64,000 nt of DNA. Origin: Octopus vulgaris. Taxonomy: Eukaryota. The position numbers and the translations under genes were made by a program. Under the pieces are notes generated by a model. It made no database searches and was not told where the DNA came from. It saw nothing but the letters and a program-made list of their open reading frames with translations. Location of the stretch: the NCBI GenBank assembly GCA_951406725.2, contig OX597824.1:72974001-73038000 (forward strand). The letters run 5' to 3'. Positions 13,241 to 27,460 of the stretch are shown here, one piece after another (positions within the stretch are counted from its first letter, which is position 1; each line of letters opens with the position of its first letter).

Positions 13241-13437
13241 TATTTGTTAACTAGTCGTTCAACTCCATTCTTTCATATACTTATAATTTTAAAATAAACA
13301 TACAAATTTCCGCACGAAGACACGTAGTCTATACCCTAGGGATGTAGCTTCAACCGCTTTCTTTCTGATGTGAATTTGCTACCCAGGTATCGGTTATCTT
13401 TCGAATTATCCTTAATAAGATAATTCATTCAATTACT

Positions 13438-13553
<116 letters not shown>

Positions 13554-14420
13554 TATAGATAGATAGATAGATCGATAGATACATAGATATACATATATAC
13601 GTACAGAGTACACACGCATGTGTGTATGTGTGTGTGTGTGTGCGTATTCTCTTGAAGCCTGACAAATAAGGGGATATCTTATCCCGCTAGTTTACTTATG
13701 GTTCGTTTTAATTACGTCTCTGTGTTTTAAATATATGTTATAGATTATGGGGTAACAATGTCTACTGGTTTATGTTATTTAATTAATCTATATGTTTGCA
13801 GTTCTCGATTGATTATTTCCTTTGTTATTATCATTTTCTGTTTTATGTATTGGCAACGTATGTTTTCAACTATGCTGAATAACTTTCGTACAATGCTTTC
13901 AGTTTGCTAGTCCGTTTCTAAAGTTCTCTGTTTTCAAGTTCTATTATTCTTGGTGTATTAATATTAATTTTGAGGTTCTGCTTCCGTTTTTTTTTTCTGT
14001 GCTTCGTAACTATAGGTACATAATTATTTATGTTTGAGTTTTGATGACTGTATTTGTAAAAAATAAGCTGGCGTAGATGTAACAGGCATATTGCACCAAT
14101 GTTTTTCCCTCCTGCTTCTTGTCTGCTAACGCTATTGACACCGCAGAATTGAATGTTACTGCCTAGGTGTTGAAACCATAAGGATATCTGTTAGGAAGCA
14201 GATGATGGGTGTATTCGTTTGATGTGCATCTCTGCTGTGAAGCTTTTGTATCTTGTTTTTTCGTGGTTCTAAATGTTTATTCATAGAAATTACAGTTCTC
14301 GTAAGGTTGAACCTGTTTAGCCGTTCTTGGTTTCTTGGTTTATAGTAGTTTTGTTGCGCATACACACACAAGAATACATGCACACGAACACACACGCACA
14401 CATATACATATATACATGCA

Positions 14421-14463
<43 letters not shown>

Positions 14464-14749
14464 GCATGCATATATATATATACAGAACAATTTAGAAAAA
14501 GCCCTTAATTAATTAAATGTTAAATATTTTTTATTTTAATATTCTATTGCAATTTTGCTTGAATATACTTTTAGCACTATGGCTATTTGGTTTGATGTGC
14601 CTATATATGTGCCTATGTATGTATGTATGTATGCATGCATGCATGCATGTATGTATGTATGTATGTATGTATGTATGTATGTATGTATGTATGTATGTAT
14701 GTATGTATGTATGTATGTATGTATGTGCGTAGTACGTACATACGTATGT

Positions 14750-14862
14750 ATGACATTATTCAGTTTATTTCAAGATTTCTTGCCAATAGAGAAAGAACCG
14801 GTTTCTAACCTAGATCCAAGGCTTCTTCTTTGGAATTTCTACATCAACAAGGTAATTTTTGT
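14750..14862 (-). mobile_element. 3'-terminal fragment of the same (CATA)n-embedded RLE LINE family
   Basis: Closely similar to 9121-9235 (CATTATTCAGTTT...TTCTTGCCAATAGAGAAAGA.CCGGTTTCTAAC.TAGATCCAAGGC) and flanked by TATG repeats. Confidence 0.75.
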
Positions 14863-15919
14863 ATGTATGTATTGTAAAAGTTTTAACATATTGTAAAAGC
14901 TTATGCGTTAAGTTATAGGTAAAATTAAAGAACAAAGTATTAAAATTCGCAGTTCCCTTCAGTAAACACATTCTCTGTCTCTCTCACGCTTTGTCCCTGT
15001 CTCTCGTTCTCTCTCTGTGTCTCTCACATTACCTATCCCTCTGTCTCTTCTTGTCTTCTCCCCTTCCCTGATATCAGCCACCCTCATTATGCCACCACAT
15101 TTCCCCCAACCTAACTCTCTTTGCACCCTTCTCTTTTTTTATCATATAATAGCACAACCCGTGCAGGGGCCCATTATCGATTTTTATTAAAAATCCAATT
15201 AACCTATAATTGAACTGGATGTTAGTTTAACTTGTATGCAAAATTTCGTGAAGATTGGTTCGCTAGTATATATAACATTTATATATAAGATATATATATA
15301 TATATATATATTGTATAAATTTTATAAAATATGTTATTGTTAAAAGATTAGAGAATGCTCAGTGGCTTAATAATTACTTAGTGTAATGCTGATCCTAAAT
15401 TATACTGAGACCAACTGCTTAGGACGGTCTGGGCACCGGGTAATATTAACTGTAGAACAGTAGACCAGCTGTACTTTAATCTTTGAGCCGTGAAATCCTC
15501 AGTTTTGGGACTGGGGTAGAAGCTTTAATGAATGAAGTTCAGAGGAAGGTGAAAATTGTGATGAGGCGGTGCTAAATGTGAGGGAGGGTAGAGAGGGGTG
15601 TAGGAAGGAGATCAACTGAGCATGAACTGTTGGGTAGATTATGTTTAATGTTAAAGAAACATCTGACTCACCTGGTGTGAGTGGGTGCGCGTGTGTCCAT
15701 ATACACATATACATACAAATATATATGCATGTATGTGTATATGTATATATGTGTGTGTGTGTGTGTGTATGTGTGTGTGTGTGTCTATATATATACATAT
15801 ATATATATATATATAGACACACACACACACATATATGTATATATACATATATATACATATACACATACATGCATATATATTTGTATGTATATGTGTATAT
15901 GGACACACGCGCACCCACT

Positions 15920-16183
15920 TTTATTTTTATTCGTGTAACATCGTCCTTTTTCCGTCCCTGTGTTGTATACATTCGAGGCTTTCTTCCAAGGAATCTAATG
16001 CACTTGGCTTAGATTTCCCTTGGGGGCTGCCCAGATCGGAGCAATCTCAAGATTAATCAGCCGAAATTGCGAAGATGATCTGGTTCTTGACTGATGACTG
16101 AGGGCTTCGAATGTCCCGACCGTGTTTTTTGTGTCGTCTTCTAAATGTTTCACGTTCTTGTCCCAGTTTGTATATTTTTTTTA

Positions 16184-16190
<7 letters not shown>
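15920..16190 (+). mobile_element. TA-flanked remnant family (Penelope-like terminus?)
   Basis: Homologous to 43680-43935(-) and 45240-45365(-); contains CTGATGA followed by CGAATGTC (degenerate hammerhead-like). Confidence 0.55.
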
Positions 16191-16238
<48 letters not shown>

Positions 16239-16546
16239 AGATGTACTTGCATAGCAAATGATTTGATCTGAGATCGTGTGCTGAAACGAAAACAATTGCA
16301 GCGTGGAAGGTGTTTGTAAGCCATTTAAGAAACACACAAAAGCCGTTCGAAAATAGCAGCGAAAATATTTTGACAAATTAAAACTTAAATGTTGAAGTGA
16401 ATCGAACGGCTTTTGTGTATTTCTTAAATGGCTTACAAACACCTTCCACGCTGCAATTGTTATATATATATATATATATATATATATACCGGAGTAAACA
16501 CATAAATGTGAAACAAGGTGGAAAAAAGAGTACTCAAATACCAGTG

Positions 16547-16607
<61 letters not shown>

Positions 16608-16833
16608 TATATATATATACACACACATATATATATATACATATACATATATATATAAGCACACACACACATATAGTTATGTTATATTCCGTTCGGAACG
16701 TGACAGAGTACAGTATAAAGCTCGTCCACCCTCAGGATTACCCAGTACTATCCGGTAACATTATTATATACTTCCAAGTTTACGTTTGGGCATTCGGCGT
16801 GTGTGAATATAAAATATAAAAAGGTATATGCAA

Positions 16834-17172
16834 ATGTTTGTTAGCATAATGCGATCTAGTTGTGCTTCCTCAGGGGATATTCTAGTGTTGTCTAAGTTAG
16901 CTTAAAATCTTTGACTTCAAGGCCATCCCAGCCATCCGTCTTGGTTTAAATTTAGTAGTAGCTGGTAGTTTCATGTTGTTTGCTGCCGGGGTGCGTTTGA
17001 CGGACTGCCAAACGCATCCCGGCAGCAAACAACATGAATCTACCACCAACTACTAAATTCAAACCAAGACGGATGGAAGGGATGGCTTTGAAGCCGAAGA
17101 TTTTAAACTAAGGGAGGCAACACTAGAATATCACCTGAGGAAACACAACTAGATCTCATTATGCAAAGAAAC

Positions 17173-17177
<5 letters not shown>
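16834..17177. repeat. Long imperfect palindrome (~165-bp arms, 8-nt loop) with two outward-facing degenerate hammerhead motifs
   Basis: Arms are reverse complements around ACGGACTG (~17000-17007); CTGAGGA at 17135-41 with GAAACATGTA at 17168-77; mirror TCCTCAG at 16867-73. Confidence 0.8.
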
Positions 17178-17232
<55 letters not shown>

Positions 17233-17293
17233 TATATATATCTTGATATATAAATATATATATATACATATATATATATACATATATATATCT

Positions 17294-18399
<1,106 letters not shown>

Positions 18400-18451
18400 A
18401 TATATACATATATATATATAATTTTTTTCTCTCCTTGTTTTTTCTGTGTCC

Positions 18452-18487
18452 CTTTTTGTAGAAGAGCGTAGGCTCGAAACGTAAAAG
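18452..18487 (+). ncRNA. Minimal hammerhead-like motif, variant core (C/U)UGUAGA
   Basis: CUUU-UUGUAGA-A-GAGC(GUAG)GCUC-GAAAC-GUA-AAAG; related copies at 19817-19852(-) and 43105-43139. Confidence 0.5.
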
Positions 18488-18577
18488 ACTTTTTCTATTC
18501 CCGAGCGTTATACTAATATATCTGTTTGTTTTGTACACCACCTGTCTTCGTCTTTTGTTTTTTTCTTTGTAAACTCT

Positions 18578-18638
<61 letters not shown>

Positions 18639-18891
18639 TCATCGTCGACTTACGACCGATCGACATTACGACGATTGGCGCGCCAGCTCCCAGCAGCAAT
18701 AATAAATACTCCAGTTGAAATCTAATGGGTTTAATTACTTAGGAAGTTTTGACTGACGCCAGTATAATAATATAATAGAGAATGCTGTGTGTGACTATTA
18801 CCTGAGAATGTACATTAAGAAAGTTAAAAAAATAAAAGAAAGCTATATTGGCCTATAGACGATGACGACCTGTATATACATATATATACAA

Positions 18892-19019
<128 letters not shown>

Positions 19020-19061
19020 CACACACACATACGCACACACGTAAATATGTATATATAAATA

Positions 19062-19430
19062 CTAGCTGAATAGCCCGTCGTTGTCGGGCAATTTTTACAA
19101 TATCTTATATAAATTTCTGTTTATTCCATATCAGACCATGCTTTCCCCGACATACAAAAAGACACACACACGATTTTTAGATTAGCTGAAATGTGTTTGT
19201 GACATATTTGAACTTCTAAAGGCAAATCCACTGCAGTTACCACCGAGGAAAAAAAATTCTCTCTTATAGTAAACGGTGAAAAAACACCAAAAGAAAAATT
19301 TTTTTCTCCACGTTAACTGCAGCGAATTTGCCTTTGGAAGCTGAAATATGTCACAAACATATCTGAACAAACCTAAAGTTCGGTAATGCCTAAACCTCGC
19401 TTGGCGCTGATTCTACTGAATATATATATA
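19062..19430 (-). mobile_element. Non-autonomous Helitron-like element with an internal inverted repeat
   Basis: CTAG at 19062 next to a GCCCG...CGGGC hairpin; internal IR ~19190-19362. Confidence 0.55.
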
Positions 19431-19656
19431 CAGGGCGGCTCAAAAGTAGGTTTATAGTTATTCAACTATCTCTTTCGCATTCATATATTAACAGTTTAGA
19501 TCTTAATTATAAAAATATATGAAACCATTATTCTATGCTAGTTAATTTTGTCAACTCCCTTTTCAGCTTGTAAGATAGAAATTCAAATGTAATGAAATGT
19601 TTTAAAAGAAATTTAAAGTGCCTACATGATAACTATAAACCTACTTTTGGTCCATC

Positions 19657-19659
<3 letters not shown>
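19431..19659. mobile_element. Tc1/mariner-type MITE
   Basis: TIRs CAGGGCGGCTCAAAAGTAGGTTTATAGTTAT / ATAACTATAAACCTACTTTTGGTCCATCCTG, TA on both sides. Confidence 0.8.
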
Positions 19660-19727
<68 letters not shown>

Positions 19728-19910
19728 GGGAGAGTTTACAAAAAAACAAAAGATGAAGACAGGTGGTGTACAAAACAAACAGATGTATTAGTATAACGCT
19801 CAGGAATAGAAAACATCTTTTAAGTTTCGAGCCTATGTTCTTCTACAGAAAGGGACGCAGAAAAAACAAGGAGAGAAAAAATGTGTGTAGTGGCTAACGA
19901 TTTATCATGG

Positions 19911-19958
<48 letters not shown>

Positions 19959-20585
19959 GGCAAATAAGAAAACGGAGATGATATAAAATCGACAGACATC
20001 AGCCGGTAAACATTCCTGTATCTCTATTTGTTCAAATGTATTGGATGAATACACACACATGTATGAGTGGTACAGATTAGCGAGTGGAAAAAACTGGTAA
20101 CTGCAAAAAAGTGTGTGAATACACATAAGCATATAGAAACAAACGAGCAAATTGGCAAAAAAACTAAATATGTGTGCAGGTGCTAGTTTCTTACGGCCGT
20201 TTCTGCCAAGAGGCAACGAAATCTTCCAGGTTATCTCCATCTCTTATAGTATATTATGAGAAGTCTGTACCTTATTTCCCCTTGCTATGCCCACATCATT
20301 GTACTATGCTGTACTTCACTTGTATTCTTATTATTATTCTATTCTATTTAAAAGGATAAATTTAAAAAGAAAAACACACCTTAGCTACTCTTAACTGACT
20401 TTTATATGTGTTAGCTCCCCCAACAACTTAGACCCTCTGAAGAAGCCTAGGGACTCATCCCTGCATAACACCGAAGAGATTGTTATAATTGTCCTTTTAG
20501 TAAATAAATAAATCGACATAATATAATGTCTAAAAGTTGATGAATACCCCTATTGATCGCCTCCATTTTCTTATTGCTCTCTCTC

Positions 20586-20634
<49 letters not shown>

Positions 20635-21012
20635 AATTAATTAAGGGTTCAGCAACGATTTGCCTCACCTTACTAGAAAGAATAGCCAAAACTTTTCTGC
20701 TATTTCTAAATTCGGTGTGTGGTGAGGCAAATCGTTGCTGAACCCTTAATTAATTAGTATTACTTAAACCTTCCTTGAATGGGTCTTTTACATGCCGAAC
20801 TCTACTTGGTGAAATTAATGATTATTTCTAAATTAATTAATTTCACCCTATATTATTGATATATATATATATATATATATATATCAATAATATAGGGTGA
20901 AATTAATTAATTGTAGTGGCTAATTTAATTTTATTTAATTTATATAAAATTTTTTATGTATTGGATTAAGTCTTTCTTTGTTTGATTTGCATAATAGTGG
21001 TTTTGTCTCTAA

Positions 21013-21104
<92 letters not shown>

Positions 21105-21108
<4 letters not shown>

Positions 21109-21307
21109 TACTTGTTTCAGTCATTTGATTGCGGCCATGCTGGAGCACCGCCTTTAGAGTGGTAAAAGAGTACAGCAGGGATCACCACCATCCCCTGCCG
21201 GAGCATCGTGGAGCTTTTAGGTGTTTTCGCTCAATAAACACACACAACGCCCGGTCTGGGAATCGAAACCGAGATCCTACGACCGCAAGTCCGCTGCCCT
21301 AACCACT
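21105..21307 (-). mobile_element. Fused SINE fragments (family-C head plus family-A 3' tail)
   Basis: 21158-21307 matches the family C 5' half; 21105-21157 matches the family A 3' end. Confidence 0.7.
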
Positions 21308-21406
21308 GTATATATACATATATACATATATACATACATACATATATATACATATATACATACATATATACATATATACATACATACATACATATATACA
21401 TACATA

Positions 21407-21900
21407 CAGGGTGTCCCAAAAGTCACTGATGGGTTCCAGTTTTTAATAACTTCCTTAACTTTACAAATAAATACATTAAACATTGATATAATATAAAGGA
21501 TATAATGGAAATTAAGATGCACTAGTCAAATTTTGCAACACCACTACATCACATATGAGAAATTACATCGCTTAAATGGCAGCCATTTTCGACTTCGTAC
21601 ACCCGTGCTCTTTCCAAAACTTGTCCTATAACACCCTCAAGAGTTTAAGACCCCACCTCTCTGATTTTTCTATTGATGTTCTCCTCCAGTTGCACCAGGG
21701 TCTCCGGTTTGTTGACGTAGACTCTCTCTTTCAGGTATCCCCACAAGAAAAAGTCCGGGCTAGTCAACTTTGGGGAACGTGGATGCCAGTTGACATTGCA
21801 GTAACGGGAGATTATTCTCTCTCCAAAGCACTGCCGTAGCAACTGCACTGTTTCTTTTGCAGTATGAGCGGTTGCCCCATCTTGCTGGAACCATGTTTAA
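21407..21900 (-). mobile_element. Tc1/mariner-superfamily transposon 3' fragment (transposase pseudogene)
   Basis: Minus strand WFQQDGATAHTA...NWHPRSPKLTSPDFFLWGYLKERVY; TIR CAGGGTGTCCCAAAAGTC after TA. Confidence 0.85.
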
Positions 21901-22005
21901 GGTCTACTTTGAATAGCCTTCACGTTACCCAGACTTGACTAGCCCAGATTTTATCTTATGAGCTACTTGGGAGGCAGGCTGTTTCTTTAACCCGGAGTAG
22001 TGGTG

Positions 22006-22067
22006 GAAGTCTCTGATGAGAAACAAGGTCATTTTGATCAAATGTCGAAATCACGTGATAAGTTTTT
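22006..22067 (+). ncRNA. Type I hammerhead ribozyme, intact core
   Basis: CUGAUGA 22013-19; stem II GA..GGUCA(UUU)UGAUC..UC; GAAA 22047-50; palindromic stem III AUCACGUGAU; AUA triplet ending at 22060; stem I GAAGUCU/AGUUUUU. Confidence 0.7.
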
Positions 22068-22361
22068 GTCCAAATACTTCATCTCGTGTGTTTATCTCGC
22101 CAGAGAAAGATGTTTTGGCTTGCTCACTCATAATTCCCGTATATCTCATTGAGGTTAGTGCTTTATGTGACTGTTCAAGTTAAATTTTGACTCCCATTTC
22201 TAGCAATTACCAGTACTATTTTGCATCCTCATTTATTAATATATATATTTGGTATTTAATCATGTCAAAGGGAAATGGAATTTAATTAAAATTAAAATAT
22301 TCAATCAAAATTTACATTTCCAGTGGTCTAACGTGCAAAAAAAAAAATTAGTCAAGAAGAC

Positions 22362-22643
22362 TATATATTAGTTATACGATATAGTGTATATTTAAACACA
22401 TAAGGAATCCACTTATAGGGAATTCAACACGCTAGAAAGAACAGCTAGGTTCTGTAAGCCACAAAAAAACGGATAAAATTCGACAGGAATAAATTTGGAA
22501 ATGAAAAACATTTACCATCTAGTACCCTGGACCAATTTTATCCGTTATTTTTGTGGTTTACAGAACCTAGCTGGTCTTTCTAGCGTGTTGAATTCTCTAT
22601 AAGTGGATTCCTTATGTGTTTAAATATACACTATATCGTATGA

Positions 22644-22655
<12 letters not shown>
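22362..22655. repeat. Inverted repeat (~120-bp arms, ~45-bp spacer) ending in (TA)n
   Basis: ATACGATATAGTGTATATTTAAACACATAAGGAATCCACTTATAG... is mirrored at 22535-22650. Confidence 0.85.
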
Positions 22656-22681
<26 letters not shown>

Positions 22682-22991
22682 TATTGTAGTTCGCTTGAAG
22701 CATTGTGTATTGCTTGTAAAGAATAAAAAGTTTTGAATTGTACAACAATGCACTTTAATACAGACAATGGGCTAAAGTCGTTAGAAAACCAATTATAGTA
22801 GCGACTCCATCTAAGAATATCTGAAGAAGGAATATTTTACTCTTTTACTTGTTTCAGTCATTTGTCTGCGGCCATGCTGGAGATATATATAAAGTTAATC
22901 CAAATATGAACAAAGAGAAAACGCAACAATGCGAGGACGTGGAACAAGTATAGTGTTATTGGACGCTCAGGAAAGGAAAGAAAGAAGGAAG

Positions 22992-23026
22992 ATTTAACGT
23001 TTTGAGCGGAGCTCTTCGTCAGAAAT
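22992..23026 (-). ncRNA. Minimal hammerhead motif with G12>A, in a remnant family also at 8080-8178
   Basis: AUUU-CUGACGA-A-GAGC(UCC)GCUC-AAAAC-GUU-AAAU. Confidence 0.55.
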
Positions 23027-23514
23027 ATAGAAAAAGGGATAAGTCCAAGGAAGAGAAGACGGAAAAAGAAAATCGTCAACGTTACACATGTGGTCACAAA
23101 TATATGATGCTAAGCTGAAAGATGCGAGCCACTTTCTCTATTTGTCTTAAAGACTAAATTCTTTCCAATAACTGCACACTCTATATTCTCTAAATCTTTA
23201 AACGATTAGGCTTCATTGAAGTTGTCTCCCATGATTTCAGTTGTTTTTTAAAAATATTATTTGTTTTAGGTTTTAAACATCGTAGAGGAAGATTTTCTCT
23301 ATTATTTGCATGGATGATCGTGGTTAATCGAAGTTTCTCACTTCACTAGATTATAAATATGAACACCCAACCATATCTGCGATTATATGTTTATGTAATG
23401 TACACACATATACATCAACACACTCATCCATATATAAATATACGCATACACACACACACACACACACATAAATACTCACATAGTGACGCGCCCGCACACA
23501 TATACGCATGTAAG

Positions 23515-23548
<34 letters not shown>

Positions 23549-24840
23549 TGTATGTATGTATGTATGTATGTATGTATGTATGTATGCATGCATGCATGTA
23601 TGTATGTATGTATGTATGTATGTATGTATGCATGCATGCATGTATGTATGTATGCATATATGTATGTATGTATGCATATATGTATGTATGTATGTATGTA
23701 TCTATGTATCTACGTGTGTATGTATAAGATTTTTTGTATGCCTGCATATTATCTTTTCTTTAGAAATATTTGAATTCTTCGTACTAGGAAGAAGTCGGTA
23801 TCTATGAAAGAACCAAAGCTACATCAATGGAATTCCGATAACAATAACAATAAATATTAAATGTTGAACTTTAAAAACAATGTTCATACTTTTACTTGTT
23901 CACTTATTGTATTAGGAAGTACGTCTTAGTTGGTCGCTTCCTTTGTCTGAAATCCTAGCTTTTTGAAACTGCAGCTTAAACATTTTCTAGCGTAGACCAA
24001 ATGTACTAATAACACCGTAACACGACTTCTGTTTTTTAGGTAGCACTGTTATTTCCTATTTGCTAACCCCTAGAAAGCACAAACGAGGCTAATATTTCCT
24101 TCAAACTTTACGTTTGTAACATTTATTCAAACTCTAAAGAATCCCTCTCAACACATGGCTATAATGCTGCCCCAATACTCCTGCTCATGATCAGAGATGC
24201 ATATCTTGTCAGCCACTAAGGAACATACTCAACTGGAACTAACAGGTCAAGCAACTAACAAGCAAATCTGTGGCATAGAGCAGAATATTTGCTATAACGA
24301 TATTTCTCCTTCAGCAACTCAGCGCTGAATCCGTCTGAAATGTAATGGAAAATAAGTCAGTTTCAAAACATTGATGTCCAGGTCACAAAAGCAAAGTTTG
24401 AAAGGAATAGTGGTTATTTCCCTTGATCTCTAGTTAGAAGCAAATAGGAGATAGACAAAATTTGTTCCATTGAGTAATTGTTGTTAGATACGTGAATTTA
24501 TAATCATGGTGTATTTAGAAGCTATTATTCATATATATATTTCCTTCTTTCTGATGTTAGAAGTGATGTTAACATCTGCATGTCAACGGTCTGCAAGTCA
24601 TCTGCATGTCAACGGTCTTCTATTTCGTCCCAGATAACTGGCTTGTTATATTTGCATTTGATAGAAGTTTAGATGGGAATATTTCATCAATATTCCTTGT
24701 GGTCATATGTATGTATGCATTCAATAACAGGAGCAATATTTATATTCAAGGGCAACCTTTCTTATGCAAGTATACGTGTATGCATGAATGCATATACATG
24801 TACGCATGCATTTAGGCATATATTGGTATGCATGTATGTG

Positions 24841-24872
<32 letters not shown>

Positions 24873-24950
24873 TGTATGTATGTATGTATGTATGTATGCA
24901 TGCATGCATGTACGCATGAATATATGTATGTATGCATGCAAGCGCGTATA

Positions 24951-25121
24951 GGCGTAGGAGTGGCTGTGTGGTAAGTAGCTTGCTTACCAGCCACATGGTT
25001 ACGGGTTCAATCCCACTGCATGGCACCTTGGGCAAGTGTCTTCTACTATAATCTCGGGCCGCCCAATGCCTTGTGAGTGGATTTGGTAGACGGAAACTGA
25101 AAGAATCCCGTTGTATATATG

Positions 25122-25168
<47 letters not shown>

Positions 25169-25383
25169 GTATGTTTGTGTGTCTGTGTTTGTCCCCCAAC
25201 ATCGCTTGACAACCGATGCTGGTATGTTTACGTCCCCGTAACTTAGCTGTTCGGCAAAATAAACCGATAGAATAAGTACGAGGCTTACAAAGAATAAGTC
25301 CTGGGGTCGATTTGCTCGAGTAAATGCGGTGCTCCAGCATGGCCACAATCAAATGACTGAAACAAGTAAAAGAGTAAAAGAGT
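24951..25383 (+). mobile_element. SINE family A, full length
   Basis: A/B boxes and tail as at 7647. Confidence 0.9.
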
Positions 25384-25674
25384 ATGTATGTATGTATGTA
25401 TGTATGTATGTATGTATGTATGTATGCATGTGTGTATGTATGTATGTATGTATGTATGTATGTATGTATGCATATTCTTCTGGTTCTATCTTTCAGAGAT
25501 ATCTCCGTTAGTGAGACAGGCACCATTTATGGAATTAAGATATCAACTTGGTCAAATTATGTCATATATGTGTGAATATATAAATTTATGTGTGTGTGTA
25601 TATGTGTGTGATTGTGTGTGCGTGTCTGTGTGAGAGTGTTTGTGTATGTGTGCGTGTGCGTACGTATGTATATA

Positions 25675-26288
25675 TTATTTCTTTATTGCCCACAAGGGGC
25701 TAAACATAGAGGGGACAAACAAGGACAGACAAAGGGATTAAGTCGATTACATCGATCCCAGTGCGAAATTGGTGCTTAATTTATCGACCCCACAAAGGAT
25801 GAAAGGCAAAGTCGACCTCGGCGGAATTTGAACTCAGAACGTAAGGCAGACGAAATACCTATTTCTATTTCTTTATTACCCACAAGGGGCTAAACATAGA
25901 AGGGACAAACAAGGACAGACATAGGTATTAAGTCGATTACATAGACCCCAGTGCGTAACTGGTGCTTAATTTATCGACCCCGAAAGGATGAAAGGCAAAG
26001 TCGACCTCGGCGGAATTTGAACTCAGAACGTAACGGCAGACGAAATACCGCTGTGTATTTCGCCCGGCGTGCTAACGTTTCTTATATTTTTACTAACCAC
26101 AAGGGGCTACACACAGAGGCGGCAAACAAGAACAGACAAAGGGATTACGTCGTTTACATCGACCTCAGTATGTAACTAGTACTTAATTTATCGACCCCGA
26201 AAGGATGAAAGGCAAAGTCGACCTCGGCGGAATTTGAACTCACAACGTAACGGCAGCCGAAATACCGCTAAGCATTTCGCTCGCCGCC
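25675..26288 (-). mobile_element. SINE family B (CORE-like central domain), tandem array of about 3 units
   Basis: GAGTTCAAATTCCGCCGAGGTCGACTTTGCCTTTCATCCTTT occurs three times on the minus strand. Confidence 0.88.
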
Positions 26289-26699
26289 CATATATACGTA
26301 TGTATATATGTATGCACGTATCTGCACACATATGTACGTGTATACATGCATGTTTGTTTGTCTGCATGTTGCTGCGTGCATGAATACATGTTTTGTCCTG
26401 AGCATATGTATACAGACAAACTTACATGTTAATACATCTGAATGCGAATATATACTACAGACTAAACTTCCAGAATGTTCCACGAATTCTTACACATCCA
26501 ATAACAGCTTTTAATTACTTTTTTCTAATTAGCTAGGTATTTCCTGATTACATGAATGAATCTGAAGTTACAGTTCGTTTGGCTGTAATATCTTCCGATT
26601 TCTTGTTAGGGTACCATGTTTTCTTATTCTTTTTTATCTTTGACCTTATGTTAACGTCGGATGGACAATTGATTTCTTCGTTTTTGATTATTATATCTT

Positions 26700-27030
26700 T
26701 TATCGTTTATTTGTTTCAGTCACTAGACTGCAGCCATGCTGGGGTACTGCCCCGAAGGGTTTACCTGAACAAATCAACCCCAGTGGTTGTTTTCAAGCCT
26801 AGTACTTATTCTACAGGTCTCTTTTGCCGAAGAGCTAATGTTACGGGGATGTAAACAAATTAACACCGGTTGTCGAGCAATACACACATACAAATACATA
26901 CATACGAGGAGATTCTTCACAATTTCCATTCACCAAATTCACTCATAAAGCATCGGTCGGCCCTAGACTGAATCCGAAACAACGTGGTTGAAAAATAAGC
27001 TTCTTAGCCACACAGCCATATCTGCACCTT
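26700..27030 (-). mobile_element. SINE family A, degraded
   Basis: TTGTTTCAGTCA..GACTGCAGCCATGCTGG and CCACACAGCCA recognisable. Confidence 0.7.
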
Positions 27031-27101
27031 GATGCCTTGTCTGCGCCTGTGTCTGACATCTGGCTTTTATCTATCTATCCATCCATCCATCCATCCATCT
27101 G

Positions 27102-27181
<80 letters not shown>

Positions 27182-27191
27182 GTTGTTGTTG

Positions 27192-27264
<73 letters not shown>

Positions 27265-27307
27265 TACTATTATTATTATTATTTTTATCATTGTTATTAT
27301 TATTATT

Positions 27308-27435
<128 letters not shown>

Positions 27436-27460
27436 CATTATTATTTTTATTATTATTATT

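Noticed and set aside
16834-17174. Possible A-to-I editing footprint between palindrome arms
   Set aside because: Mismatches include many transversions and both transition directions
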